In this document: piece after piece, positions 1 through 9,279 of the stretch | How the letters are laid out: every line of letters starts with the position of its first letter | Numbering within the stretch: the first letter of the stretch is position 1 | Origin: Actinomycetes bacterium | GTDB taxonomy: Bacteria > Actinomycetota > Actinomycetes > JAHEKZ01 | DNA length: 64,000 nt | Reading direction: 5' to 3' | NCBI GenBank assembly: GCA_024644435.1 | Contig: JAHEKZ010000004.1 | Span: forward strand, 2,605-66,604 | The notes under the pieces: model-generated | Told to the model about the DNA's origin: nothing | Databases searched by the model: none | Seen by the model: only the letters and a program-made list of their open reading frames with translations | Translations under genes and position numbers: made by a program

Positions 1-1360
1 GCTCCTCCGAGTTCAGACCGGGAAGCGCCCGATAGACCGCGTACTCGACCGTCGTGACGGCATCGTCTCCACGCTTCATGTGGGAGAGCCACCAGCCGAC
101 GGCATCTAGGTGGTGGCAGACGAGGTCCGCCACCAGGCCGAGCCTCGTTCGCGCCGTCTCGCCGGTGGCATCGTCCAGCGCCCGCAGCGCCGCATCGAGC
201 AGCTGCAACGGCTCAGGGTGTTGGGCGCCTCGTCGCAGACGCCGGTCGGAGGTTGCCGCGGACGGTGCGACGGCCAAGGTCGTGGAGGCCTCGACCGGCA
301 GGGCGCGACCCGCCACGACCGGGCGATGGGACCCGGTGCGCTTGGCGCGGTACTGAGCTGCGTCGGCCAGCCGGAACAGCCGTTTGTCGTTGTCGATGGA
401 ACCGATCGCGTCCCCGGTGCTGGCCAGCCCGACGGCGACTCCCTGCGGGAGCTGCCGCCAGGCCCGGGCACAGACCTCCTCGGCGAAGGCGATCAAGTCG
501 TCAGGCGCACACCCGGCCACGGCGGCGGCGAACTCATCGCCGCCGAGTCGGGCGACCATCGCATCCGGCAACAACCTGGCACCCTCTTCGCCGAGAATCC
601 GTGCCATCGAGCGCAGGACCCGATCGCCCGCATCGTGTCCATGGTGATCGTTCACACTCTTCAAACCGTTGATGTCGCAGACAACGAGCCCCACCAGAAT
701 GCCCTCCGCGCGGTGCCGCTCCATGGCGAGTTCAAACCACTCGTCGACCGCCAGGCGGTTGGCGAGTCCGGTGAGTGAGTCGGTATGCGCCTGCGCCGTG
801 GCCCGACCGAGGTGCTCCGCGGTCGCGATCGCGGCGCCGACCTGCGCCGCCACAGCAACCGCGAAGTCGACGTCGTCCGGACCGTACTGCGCCTCGCTCA
901 CCGATCGGGTGACGAACAGCTCGCCCCACACCCGACCGTCGAGCGGGATGGGGGCTACCACGCAGCTTCCCTTGCCCAGCCGCTGGACCAAGACGCTGTA
1001 GGAGCCGCTGCCATCGGAGGTCGCCGTAAAGGCGCGCTGGTGTTCCATCACCGTGACGAGAGGGGCGTAATCAGACATTGGGTAGTACTCGTTCTTGGGC
1101 TCGAGGACCTCCCCGATGCCCAGAGCTCCGTCGTTGAGGACGCAGCGCACGCGCGCCAGCTCAGGTTCCCAGATGCTGAGGGAGACCGAGGCACCACCCA
1201 GTGCCCGCATAGCGGCCAGTGACACCCGACGAAGCAGGTCGGGGGCCTCGGTCGTCGTCGCAACCCGTGCGACGTCGGCGAGACCCTGAAATCGCGCAGA
1301 CACCACCGACTGCGCCGAGGGCGTGTCGGGACCTGGCCAGCTCGCGGTGTCGATCACCAT
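1..1360 (-). CDS. Diguanylate cyclase, GAF–GGDEF–C-terminal-domain protein (paralog 1). Partial: runs off the left edge.
   Basis: My minus-strand translation from the ATG at 1360 gives MVIDTASWPGPDT…(GAF)…ARLGGDEF…RLFRLADAAQYRAKR…RTRLGLVADLCHHLDAVGWWLS… with no stop down to nt 2. The tool reports stop-to-stop ORFs only, so this is not in the track. It is paralogous to the 1407..3068 gene. Confidence 0.6.
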   Translation of the reverse strand, partial: MVIDTASWPGPDTPSAQSVVSARFQGLADVARVATTTEAPDLLRRVSLAAMRALGGASVSLSIWEPELARVRCVLNDGALGIGEVLEPKNEYYPMSDYAPLVTVMEHQRAFTATSDGSGSYSVLVQRLGKGSCVVAPIPLDGRVWGELFVTRSVSEAQYGPDDVDFAVAVAAQVGAAIATAEHLGRATAQAHTDSLTGLANRLAVDEWFELAMERHRAEGILVGLVVCDINGLKSVNDHHGHDAGDRVLRSMARILGEEGARLLPDAMVARLGGDEFAAAVAGCAPDDLIAFAEEVCARAWRQLPQGVAVGLASTGDAIGSIDNDKRLFRLADAAQYRAKRTGSHRPVVAGRALPVEASTTLAVAPSAATSDRRLRRGAQHPEPLQLLDAALRALDDATGETARTRLGLVADLVCHHLDAVGWWLSHMKRGDDAVTTVEYAVYRALPGLNSEE

Positions 1361-1406
1361 GCCCTCCTCACCTGAGATCGGCGCGGGAGGGTAGACCTTG
1401 AGTCGG

Positions 1407-3068
1407 TCACGTGCCCGTCAGCGGGTGGAGGGCCCCAAGCACCAGGAGGCGGAGCACCCCGGCCAGCTCCTGCCCCATGGTGCTTAAGTCGTCGAGAAAG
1501 ATCTCGACCAGCCAGCTGTCGCCCTGGAGGTCGGTTCCTCCAGCAGCGATCACCGCGCTGGCGCCCAACCCGTCCAGGATCGCCAGCTCGGCGGGGTCAG
1601 CCGTCGGGTCACCAGCCATCACGACATACCCGCCGCCACCTAGCGCGTAGCGAGTCTGCGGGTACTTGTCGAGGGCAAAGCCCTCCCCGAGCTCCGCGAG
1701 CGGTTCGTCCTGCCCGAGGCCCGGCGGACGCCGGTAGAGCGAGAGGTCAACGGTGTGGAGGGCTCCCGACCCCTTGGAGTTCAGCGACAGCCACCAGCCG
1801 ACGCCGTCGACGTGGTGCGTGAGCAGATCGGCGACGAGTCCGAGCCGCGTCCGAGGAGCCTCGTCAGCCGCCTGGTCCAGCGCACGCAAGGTAGCGTCGG
1901 AGAGCTGACCAAGACTCGAGCTGTCACGGCCGCGGAAGACGCGGCGGTCCGGTGCCAGCAGCTCGTCCTTGTCGCTGAGCGACAGGGCAAGCTCGGGCGG
2001 CAACGGGCGACCAGCCACCACCGGGACGCGCGACCGGATCCGTTTGGCCCGGTACTGCGCAGCGTCGGCCAGCCGGAGCAGCCGAGCAGGGTTCTCGATC
2101 GGGCCGACCGCATCGGTTGTGATCACCACGCCGCACGCGACGCCGTGGGGCAGTCGCTCCCACCCAGTGCGACACACCGTCTGGGCAGCATCAACCACCC
2201 GAGCTGCATCAGGACCACAGACCGCCACACAGAACTCATCACCGCCCAGTCGCGCCACAAGTGAACGGTCGAAGTCGCGGGCGGAGTCGAAGAGGATATG
2301 AGCCAGCTGCCGCAGCACGCGGTCACCTGCGTCGTGACCCTGGTCGTCGTTGATGAGCTTGAGGCCGTTGAGATCGAGCACGGCCAGGCCGATGGGCTCC
2401 TGGTAGTCACGCCACCGCACCATCGCGCGATCGAGCCACTGGTCGAGGGCACGACGATTGGCCAGGCCGGTCATCGAGTCGGTCTGCGCCAGGCGCTCGA
2501 CGCTCGCCAGGTGGTCAGCACTCTCAAGTGCGGCGCTCACCTGGGCCGCCACCGCCGACACCCAGTCCAGATCGGACTCGCGGAAGGGCTCGCGGTCAGC
2601 ACCCCGGGCCACGAAGAGCTCGCCCCACCACTCACCGGCGTAGAGCAGGGGCACACTGATCGAGCTGAACTTGTCGAGCAGCACCAGGTAGTCGCGGTCG
2701 TCTGGGACGATTGTGGCGTCGTCCAGGCTCAGCACCGAGCCCAGAAGCCCGTTAGCCATTCCGGCGAGCCACGTGCTCTGGTCGGCCTCGTACACCTCGT
2801 CCTCGGGCTCTTCCTCCTCCCACTCGGCGAGGTCGCCAACGTTGAGAACAGCCCGAAGAACCTGCCGATCGGGTAGCCACACGCCGAGGGAGCCAGAATC
2901 GGCCTCCGCCGCCCGCATGGCGGCCAGCATGATCTGCTTGGTGGCCTGCGGCTTGGGCAGTCCGACACCAGCGCGGCCGACGTCACTGAGCGCACGAAGG
3001 CGCGCTTCACTGCGGTCACGCGCGCTACGCGTCACCGCCTGAGAGGTGTCCTCTCCCACGTGACCCAC
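1407..3068 (-). CDS. Diguanylate cyclase, GAF–GGDEF protein with a ~180-aa conserved C-terminal extension (paralog 2).
   Basis: Lies within the 633-aa ORF 1407..3308. Carries the GGDEF signature RLGGDEFCV and DAAQYRAKR, with a GAF-like N-terminus. I place the start at the GTG at 3068 (V81) because an aaggggg Shine–Dalgarno precedes it and the N-terminus then aligns with paralog 1. Starts at 2930 or 3059 are also possible. Confidence 0.7.
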   Translation of the reverse strand: MGHVGEDTSQAVTRSARDRSEARLRALSDVGRAGVGLPKPQATKQIMLAAMRAAEADSGSLGVWLPDRQVLRAVLNVGDLAEWEEEEPEDEVYEADQSTWLAGMANGLLGSVLSLDDATIVPDDRDYLVLLDKFSSISVPLLYAGEWWGELFVARGADREPFRESDLDWVSAVAAQVSAALESADHLASVERLAQTDSMTGLANRRALDQWLDRAMVRWRDYQEPIGLAVLDLNGLKLINDDQGHDAGDRVLRQLAHILFDSARDFDRSLVARLGGDEFCVAVCGPDAARVVDAAQTVCRTGWERLPHGVACGVVITTDAVGPIENPARLLRLADAAQYRAKRIRSRVPVVAGRPLPPELALSLSDKDELLAPDRRVFRGRDSSSLGQLSDATLRALDQAADEAPRTRLGLVADLLTHHVDGVGWWLSLNSKGSGALHTVDLSLYRRPPGLGQDEPLAELGEGFALDKYPQTRYALGGGGYVVMAGDPTADPAELAILDGLGASAVIAAGGTDLQGDSWLVEIFLDDLSTMGQELAGVLRLLVLGALHPLTGT

Positions 3069-3183
3069 CGACCCCCTTGTCCCTCTTAGATCCTCGGCAT
3101 CGCCGCCTGCCCACTGAAATGGGCCAGCACCCCGTCCCACCCTGGTCCTGCGCGTCGATACGCTGACCGCCACCTGACCAGAC

Positions 3184-4836
3184 GTGACGGATGAGCCGGA
3201 GTTGAGCATGGCCGCAGAAACCAGTGACTCGGTGCCCGAGCCGACCACCCCGTCGACGGGCGTCGACCTGCACACCACAGCGGGCAAGCTCGCCCAGCTC
3301 CGCCACAAGTTCGACGAGGCAGTGCACGCCGGCTCCGCACGAGCGGTCGAGGCTCAGCACAAGCGGGGCAAGCTCACCGCACGTGAGCGTGTCGAGGCCC
3401 TTCTGGACCCCGACTCCTTCGTCGAGTTCGACGAGCTCGCACGGCACCGCTCCAACAACTTCGGGCTGCAGGACAAACGCCCGTACGGCGACGGGGTCGT
3501 AACGGGCTACGGAACGGTCGATGGCCGTCAGGTCTTCGTCTTCGCCCAGGACTTCACCGTCTTCGGCGGGTCGCTGGGCGAGGTGTTCGGCGAGAAGATC
3601 GTCAAGGTCATGGACATGGCGCTGAAGACCGGCGCCCCGGTCATCGGCATCAACGACTCGGGCGGGGCCAGGATCCAGGAGGGCGTGACGTCTCTTGCCC
3701 AGTACGGCGAGATCTTCTACCGCAACGTGCAGGCGTCAGGGGTCATCCCCCAGATCTCGCTCATCATGGGCCCGTGCGCGGGCGGCGCCGTCTACTCACC
3801 GGCCATCACCGACTTCATCATCATGGTCGACAAGACCTCCCACATGTTCATCACCGGCCCCGAGGTGATCAAGACGGTCACCGGTGAAGACGTCGAGTTC
3901 GAAGAGCTCGGCGGTGCCCGCTCGCACCAGGCCAAGAGCGGCGTCGCCCACTTCATGGCCGCCAGCGAGCAAGAGGCCCTCGAGCTCACGCAGCAGCTGC
4001 TGTCGTTCCTGCCCAGCAACAACCTCGACGAGCCACCCTCGTTTGAGTCCTCCGCCACCGACGAGGTCACCCCCGACGACCTCGCTCTCGACACCCTCAT
4101 CCCTGACTCGGCGAACCAGCCCTACGACATGCACCAAGTGATCGAGTCGATCGTCGACGACGGCGACTTCCTCGAGGTCCAGGCGCTCTTTGCCCCGAAC
4201 CTGCTCACCGGATTCGGACGTGTCGAGGGCAGGTCGGTCGGAGTCGTCGCCAACCAGCCCATGCAGTTCGCCGGCACCCTCGACATCGACGCCTCCGAGA
4301 AGGCAGCCCGATTCGTGCGCACCTGCGACGCGTTCAACGTTCCTGTGCTCACTCTGGTCGACGTTCCCGGCTTTCTTCCGGGTACCGACCAGGAGTGGGG
4401 CGGGATCATCCGGCGGGGCGCCAAGCTGATCTACGCCTACGCCGAGGCCACCGTTCCCCTGGTCACGATCATCACGCGCAAGGCCTACGGCGGTGCCTAC
4501 GACGTCATGGGGTCCAAGCACCTGGGCGCCGACATCAACCTCGCCTGGCCCACCGCCCAGATCGCCGTGATGGGAGCCCAAGGGGCGGTCAACATCCTGC
4601 ACCGCAAAGAGATCGCGGCCGCCACCGAGCGCGGCGACCTCGAGGCCACGAGAGAGCGCCTGATCGAGAGCTACGAAGACGCCCTGCTCAACCCCTACCT
4701 CGCCGCCGAGCGCGGATACATCGACGCGGTCATCGAGCCGTCGGCCACCCGGGTGCAGGTCACTCGGGCCCTTCGTATGCTGCGTACGAAGCGCGCGAAC
4801 CGGCCACCCAAGAAGCATGGGAACATCCCACTGTGA
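3184..4836 (+). CDS. pccB: Propionyl-/acyl-CoA carboxylase carboxyltransferase beta subunit (AccD5/PccB-like).
   Basis: 550-aa ORF, near-collinear with mycobacterial AccD5 (TTAGKLA…GKLTARER…[20 protein letters not shown]…KKHGNIPL). The start is GTG 3184 or ATG 3208. Confidence 0.95.
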   Translation: MTDEPELSMAAETSDSVPEPTTPSTGVDLHTTAGKLAQLRHKFDEAVHAGSARAVEAQHKRGKLTARERVEALLDPDSFVEFDELARHRSNNFGLQDKRPYGDGVVTGYGTVDGRQVFVFAQDFTVFGGSLGEVFGEKIVKVMDMALKTGAPVIGINDSGGARIQEGVTSLAQYGEIFYRNVQASGVIPQISLIMGPCAGGAVYSPAITDFIIMVDKTSHMFITGPEVIKTVTGEDVEFEELGGARSHQAKSGVAHFMAASEQEALELTQQLLSFLPSNNLDEPPSFESSATDEVTPDDLALDTLIPDSANQPYDMHQVIESIVDDGDFLEVQALFAPNLLTGFGRVEGRSVGVVANQPMQFAGTLDIDASEKAARFVRTCDAFNVPVLTLVDVPGFLPGTDQEWGGIIRRGAKLIYAYAEATVPLVTIITRKAYGGAYDVMGSKHLGADINLAWPTAQIAVMGAQGAVNILHRKEIAAATERGDLEATRERLIESYEDALLNPYLAAERGYIDAVIEPSATRVQVTRALRMLRTKRANRPPKKHGNIPL

Positions 4837-5045
4837 GCGGGCAAGAGCCGGCCATCACCGTGGTCTCGGGCGATCCCGACCCTGTCGAGCTCGCCGCCGT
4901 CGTGGCCGTGCTGGCCAGGGGCCGCACCAGCGGCGTCCCGACCGCTACACCGAAGCGATCGCTGTGGGCCTCGCGCTCGCGCCAGGTCCGACCCTCGCTG
5001 GGCGCCGGTCCCGGTTCGTGGCGCGCGTCGACCCTGCCACGGTGA
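4833..5045 (+). CDS. accE: Acyl-CoA carboxylase epsilon subunit (AccE-like).
   Basis: The GTG at 4833 overlaps the pccB TGA (GTGA). The product …[25 protein letters not shown]… matches the ACC_epsilon family motif. It sits in the +0 frame of ORF 4395..5045. Confidence 0.7.
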   Translation: MSGQEPAITVVSGDPDPVELAAVVAVLARGRTSGVPTATPKRSLWASRSRQVRPSLGAGPGSWRASTLPR

Positions 5046-5061
5046 AGGTCTGGCTCGCGGT

Positions 5062-5685
5062 ATGAGGTTCGTTCTGGCCTCTGCCTCCCCAGCTCGCCGA
5101 GCCCTCCTGCAGGCGGCCGGAGTCGATCCCGAGGTCATCGTCAGCGGAGTCGACGAAGACCAGGAGTCGGGACCACCCGGCGAGCTCGCGCTCATCCTGG
5201 CCGAGCACAAGGCACAGGCCGTGGCTGAGCGGCTCGCCCTCAACTCCGCGACAGCCCTTCTCGAACCCACCGTGGTGCTCGGGTGCGACTCCGTCCTCGA
5301 ACGCGATGGGGTGGCCTTCGGCAAGCCGGCAAGCGCCGAAGAAGCGGTCGCCAGGTGGTGCGACATGCGAGGGCAAGAGGGCGTACTGCACACCGGCCAC
5401 TGCCTCATCGCCCTGAACCACCAACCCGCCGGCCACCGCAGCGTCAGCGCGCTCGCCTCTGCCACGGTGCGCTTCGGCACCCCCAGCGACACCGAGATCG
5501 ACTCCTACGTCGCCACGGGCGAACCTCTCCACGTCGCCGGCGGCTTCACACTGGACCGGCTGGGGGGGTGGTTCGTCGACGGGATCGACGGAGATCCCGG
5601 CACTGTTCTGGGTCTGTCGCTACCCCTTCTGCGGCGGCTCCTCGCCGACCTCGGCATCAGCGTTCCCTCCCTCTGGACCCAGTAG
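5062..5685 (+). CDS. maf: Maf-like nucleoside triphosphate pyrophosphatase.
   Basis: 207 aa, [16 protein letters not shown]…, the typical Maf N-terminus. The position between accE and accA matches the mycobacterial accD5–accE5–maf locus. Confidence 0.85.
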   Translation: MRFVLASASPARRALLQAAGVDPEVIVSGVDEDQESGPPGELALILAEHKAQAVAERLALNSATALLEPTVVLGCDSVLERDGVAFGKPASAEEAVARWCDMRGQEGVLHTGHCLIALNHQPAGHRSVSALASATVRFGTPSDTEIDSYVATGEPLHVAGGFTLDRLGGWFVDGIDGDPGTVLGLSLPLLRRLLADLGISVPSLWTQ

Positions 5686-5766
5686 CCCCTCAGCGTCAAT
5701 AGACTGCGCCGAAACCGGGTCCGGTCACCGCCAGGACCCTCGACTGAATCCTCACGTGGAGTCGAT

Positions 5767-7527
5767 GTGCGCAAGGTTCTGATCGCCAACCGTGGTGAGA
5801 TCGCTGTCCGTGTGGCGCGAGCGTGCCGAGACGCGGGAATCGGCTCCGTGGCCGTCTACGCCGACTCCGACCGAGACGCCCCCCACGCACGCGCAGCCGA
5901 CGAGGCATACGCCCTCGGCGGTGACACACCGGCAGAGACCTATCTCGACATGGGCAAGGTGCTCGACGTCGCCGCCCGTTCGGGCGCAGACGCCATCCAC
6001 CCCGGATACGGTTTCCTGTCCGAGAACGCCGACTTCGCGCAGGCCGTCATCGACGCCGGCCTGATCTGGATCGGCCCGCCACCGGCGGCCATCCGGTCGC
6101 TCGGCGACAAGGTGCAGGCGCGCCACATCGCCCAAGCGGTCAATGCGCCTCAGGTTGCAGGCACGGCCGACCCGGTCTCCGGGTCCGATGAGGTGGTGGC
6201 CTTTGCGCAGGAGCACGGGCTTCCCGTCGCCATCAAGGCCGCCTTCGGCGGCGGCGGCCGAGGCCTGAAGGTCGCCACGACGATCGAAGAGATCCCCGAG
6301 CTCTACGACTCGGCCGTCCGCGAAGCGGTCACTGCCTTCGGGCGTGGCGAGTGTTTCGTCGAGCGCTATCTCGACCGCCCCCGGCACGTCGAGACCCAAT
6401 GTCTGGCCGACCAGCACGGCAACGTGGTCGTCGTCTCGACCCGCGACTGCTCGCTGCAGCGCCGCCACCAGAAGCTGGTCGAAGAGGCGCCGGCTCCGTT
6501 CCTGTCAGACGAACAGAACGCCGAGCTCTACCGCGCCTCCAAGGCCATCCTGCGCGAGGCAGGGTACGTCGGTGCAGGTACATGCGAGTTCCTTGTCGGC
6601 CAGGACGGCACCATCTCGTTCCTCGAGGTCAACACCCGCCTGCAGGTCGAGCACCCGGTCACCGAAGAGGTCACCGGCATCGACCTGGTCCGCGAGATGT
6701 TCCGAATCGCCGATGGTGAAGAGCTCGGCTACGACGACCCAGCGATCCGCGGCCACTCGTTCGAGTTCCGGATCAACGGCGAGGACCCTGGACGCGGCTT
6801 TCTCCCTGCTCCGGGCTCGGTGACCGCCTGGCGTCCCCCATCCGGCCCAGGCGTCCGGCTCGATGCCGGCGTCGAGCAGGGGTCTGTGATCGGGCAGAGC
6901 TTCGACTCGCTGCTCGCCAAGCTGATCGTGACCGGATCCAGCCGCCAACAGGCAGTGGAGCGGGCACGCCGCGCCCTCGACGAGTTCGTGGTCGAGGGGA
7001 TGGCAACGGCGCTGCCGTTCGACCGCGCCGTGATGCGTGACCCGGCGTTCACCCCTACCGACCCTCAGCAGCCCTTCGCGGTGCACACGCGGTGGATCGA
7101 GACGGAGTTCGACAACACGATCGCGCCGCACGTCGGCGGCGAGGCGGCCGACGATGCCGAAGAACGCGAGTCGGTCACGGTCGAAGTGGGTGGGAAGCGG
7201 CTCGAGGTCACTCTTCCGGCCGGGTTCGGCGGGGGCTCCTCGTCAGCGGCTGGGGCCGGCAGGGCGGCACCTCGCCGATCGGCCAAGCGCGGTTCTGCTG
7301 CCGCTGCGGGCGGCGACGCTTTGACCAGCCCGATGCAAGGAACCATCGTGAAGATCGCCGTGGACGAGGGTCAGGTGGTCGAGGCCGGCGAGCTCGTCGT
7401 CGTCCTCGAGGCGATGAAAATGGAGCAGCCCCTGAACGCGCACAAGAGTGGCACGGTCACGGGCCTCACAGCGGAGATCGGTCAGACCCTGACCGCGGGC
7501 GCCAGCATCTGCACCATCGTCGACTGA
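5767..7527 (+). CDS. accA: Acetyl-/propionyl-CoA carboxylase alpha subunit (biotin carboxylase + BCCP; AccA3-like).
   Basis: 586 aa. [13 protein letters not shown]…, an ATP-grasp domain, and the C-terminal biotinyl motif EAMKME. A GTG start with a gtggag Shine–Dalgarno. Confidence 0.95.
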   Translation: MRKVLIANRGEIAVRVARACRDAGIGSVAVYADSDRDAPHARAADEAYALGGDTPAETYLDMGKVLDVAARSGADAIHPGYGFLSENADFAQAVIDAGLIWIGPPPAAIRSLGDKVQARHIAQAVNAPQVAGTADPVSGSDEVVAFAQEHGLPVAIKAAFGGGGRGLKVATTIEEIPELYDSAVREAVTAFGRGECFVERYLDRPRHVETQCLADQHGNVVVVSTRDCSLQRRHQKLVEEAPAPFLSDEQNAELYRASKAILREAGYVGAGTCEFLVGQDGTISFLEVNTRLQVEHPVTEEVTGIDLVREMFRIADGEELGYDDPAIRGHSFEFRINGEDPGRGFLPAPGSVTAWRPPSGPGVRLDAGVEQGSVIGQSFDSLLAKLIVTGSSRQQAVERARRALDEFVVEGMATALPFDRAVMRDPAFTPTDPQQPFAVHTRWIETEFDNTIAPHVGGEAADDAEERESVTVEVGGKRLEVTLPAGFGGGSSSAAGAGRAAPRRSAKRGSAAAAGGDALTSPMQGTIVKIAVDEGQVVEAGELVVVLEAMKMEQPLNAHKSGTVTGLTAEIGQTLTAGASICTIVD

Positions 7528-7902
7528 AGAACACGCCCGCCCAGCGCGGCGAGTCTCGGCCTCCATCCGACGATGCCGCGGATGCCGGCACTTGGGCGAG
7601 CCGTTCGCTGCGCTCGTCACGGGGCATCTCCTCCTGCTCGACGAAGAGCGACGCGAGAGCCGCACTCACCATCGCCAGCTACAGGAACCCGAGCACCATG
7701 AGCGCCACGGACAGGACGGCTCCGGCCGCACAGGCAAAGGAGACAACGCCCGTGGGTACTGCCGGCAGAACCCACGAACGGCGGGGGGGGAGTCGTGGGA
7801 CTGTGCGTGTGCTCATGATGGGACTGTTCGCGCGACGTCCCGATCGATAAGCCCGATCACCAGGTCCAGCTCCAGGCGTCCCCTGGGAAAGGAGTGGCAA
7901 CC

Positions 7903-8754
7903 ATGACGGCGTATGCGCAGGTTCCCGGTGTCGTGGCGGACTACGGACACCGGCTCGCCGATCTCATGGCCAGCAGCAGCGACGGACAGCTCGTCGGCGC
8001 CTACCTGCATGGCTCAGCGACGCTGGGCGGCTGGGTGGCGACGCGCAGCGACGTCGACATGGTGATCGTGCTTCGCGATGGCGCACCGAAGACAGCTCTC
8101 ACAGCAGTCGAGCAGGTGCTTGCCGCACACGGCCCGGACAGCCCGGGCACCGGACTCGAGTGCAGCGTCGTGTCCCTGTGGCAGGCCACCAGCCCAGGTC
8201 CTCCTTGGCCGTTCCTCCTGCACCTTCAGGCCTCACACGGAGACGAGCCGGTCCACGTTCGCGGGGACGAGCTGGACGGTGACCGCGACCTCCTCATGCA
8301 CTACTTCGTCTGCCACTCGGCAGCAGTTCCCCTGATCGGCCCGGATCCACGAGAGGTGTTCGGCGCTGTTCCGCGATCGGTCGTGCTCGCGTACCTGGTC
8401 GACGAACTTCGCTGGGGTCTCACGCACGCGCCGGCGGCCTACGCGGTGCTCAACGCATGCCGGGCTCTCATCCTGGCAAGTCGCGGTGACCTGGTGTCGA
8501 AGGTCGCCGGTGGCCGGCTCGCCGTCGACGAGGGCCTCGGCCCATCAGGGGTGATTGCTGCCGCGCTCGACGAGCAACAGGCACGGTCGGAACCGCGCCC
8601 GATCACGCCCGCAGCCACGGCATTCGTGGAGCAGGCCATCCAGACCCTTGATTCGGAGGCTCGTCAGCCGAGAGGGTGGACCCGGTCGCACTCTTCGACC
8701 CCAAGGAGTCCTCATGGCGGTCCAGCTCAATCACACGATCGTCTGGGCCCGTGA
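7903..8754 (+). CDS. Aminoglycoside nucleotidyltransferase ANT(3'')/ANT(9) family protein (AadA-like, with C-terminal DUF4111).
   Basis: The nucleotidyltransferase motif LHGSATLGGWVATRSDVDMVIVL resembles AadA HLYGSAVDGGLKPHSDIDLLV. A C-terminal DUF4111-like region follows. A gggaaaggag Shine–Dalgarno sits 9 nt before the ATG at 7903; GTG 7894 is the alternative. Confidence 0.7.
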   Translation: MTAYAQVPGVVADYGHRLADLMASSSDGQLVGAYLHGSATLGGWVATRSDVDMVIVLRDGAPKTALTAVEQVLAAHGPDSPGTGLECSVVSLWQATSPGPPWPFLLHLQASHGDEPVHVRGDELDGDRDLLMHYFVCHSAAVPLIGPDPREVFGAVPRSVVLAYLVDELRWGLTHAPAAYAVLNACRALILASRGDLVSKVAGGRLAVDEGLGPSGVIAAALDEQQARSEPRPITPAATAFVEQAIQTLDSEARQPRGWTRSHSSTPRSPHGGPAQSHDRLGP

Positions 8755-9091
8755 CAAGCAGGCGTCGGCGTCCTTCCTGGCTGACGTGCTGGGCGTCGCC
8801 GCGCCAACCCGGTACGGGTCGTTCGTTGTCGTTCAGGTCGACAACGCCGTCTCCTTGGACTTCCTCGACGCCGATGACGTCGTGCACCCACAGCACTATG
8901 CATTCATCGTCAGCGAGACCGAGTTCGACGAGATCTTCGACCGGATCCGCGAACGCGAGCTGTCGTACTGGGCAGACCCCGGCCAAGAACAGCACGGCGA
9001 GATCAACACCAGGGACGGCGGACGAGGCGTCTACTGGGAGGACCCCGACGGGCATCTGCTCGAGATCATCACCCGCCCCTACGGAGGCTGA
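8714..9091 (+). CDS. VOC-family protein (glyoxalase/bleomycin-resistance/dioxygenase fold).
   Basis: ATG at 8714 preceded by aaggag. 125 aa, MAVQLNHTIVWARDKQASASFLADVLG…YWEDPDGHLLEII. Overlaps the upstream ANT gene by 41 nt. Confidence 0.7.
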   Translation: MAVQLNHTIVWARDKQASASFLADVLGVAAPTRYGSFVVVQVDNAVSLDFLDADDVVHPQHYAFIVSETEFDEIFDRIRERELSYWADPGQEQHGEINTRDGGRGVYWEDPDGHLLEIITRPYGG

Positions 9092-9279
9092 CTTCCACAC
9101 ACCCGTCACCCAGCCCCGGCCACGCTGGGCGTGCATCACGAGACAACGAGGGCCGAGTACCCAGCCTGAGCGGCCGTTCACCGGACCGGCGGGACACCGC
9201 GACCTCTCCACGCGACCATCGACGCCCCACGCGTCACTCCGGGAGACCTCACCCTGGAGAGGACATGGGCACTGCCCCT

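Noticed and set aside
1407-3308. Hypothesis that GGDEF paralog 2 is a fusion of a GAF–GGDEF gene with the N-terminus of a third paralog.
   Set aside because: Hand translation of paralog 1 to the window edge shows the same C-terminal extension (RTRLGLVADL…GWWLS). The architecture is therefore shared and not a local fusion.
3796-4818. Long ORFs antisense or out-of-frame to confirmed genes. Examples: 3796..4818(-), 5752..6468(-), 6505..7131(-), 10418..10987(-), 11072..11911(-), 24279..25832(-), 43113..43718(+), 48559..50016(+), 50376..52025(+), 60137..61339(+).
   Set aside because: They overlap genes with strong homology and motif support on the other strand or frame. Their products are Arg/Pro/Gly-rich low-complexity sequence, typical of stop-codon-poor alternate frames in ~70% GC DNA.
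7466-7906. The ORFs 7466..7672(-), 7592..7906(+) and the full 7679..7900(-) as genes.
   Set aside because: They overlap the accA3 3' end or the ANT gene start, begin with a TTG, and have low-complexity products. Only the short 7679..7816 ATG-initiated portion is retained, as a low-confidence candidate.
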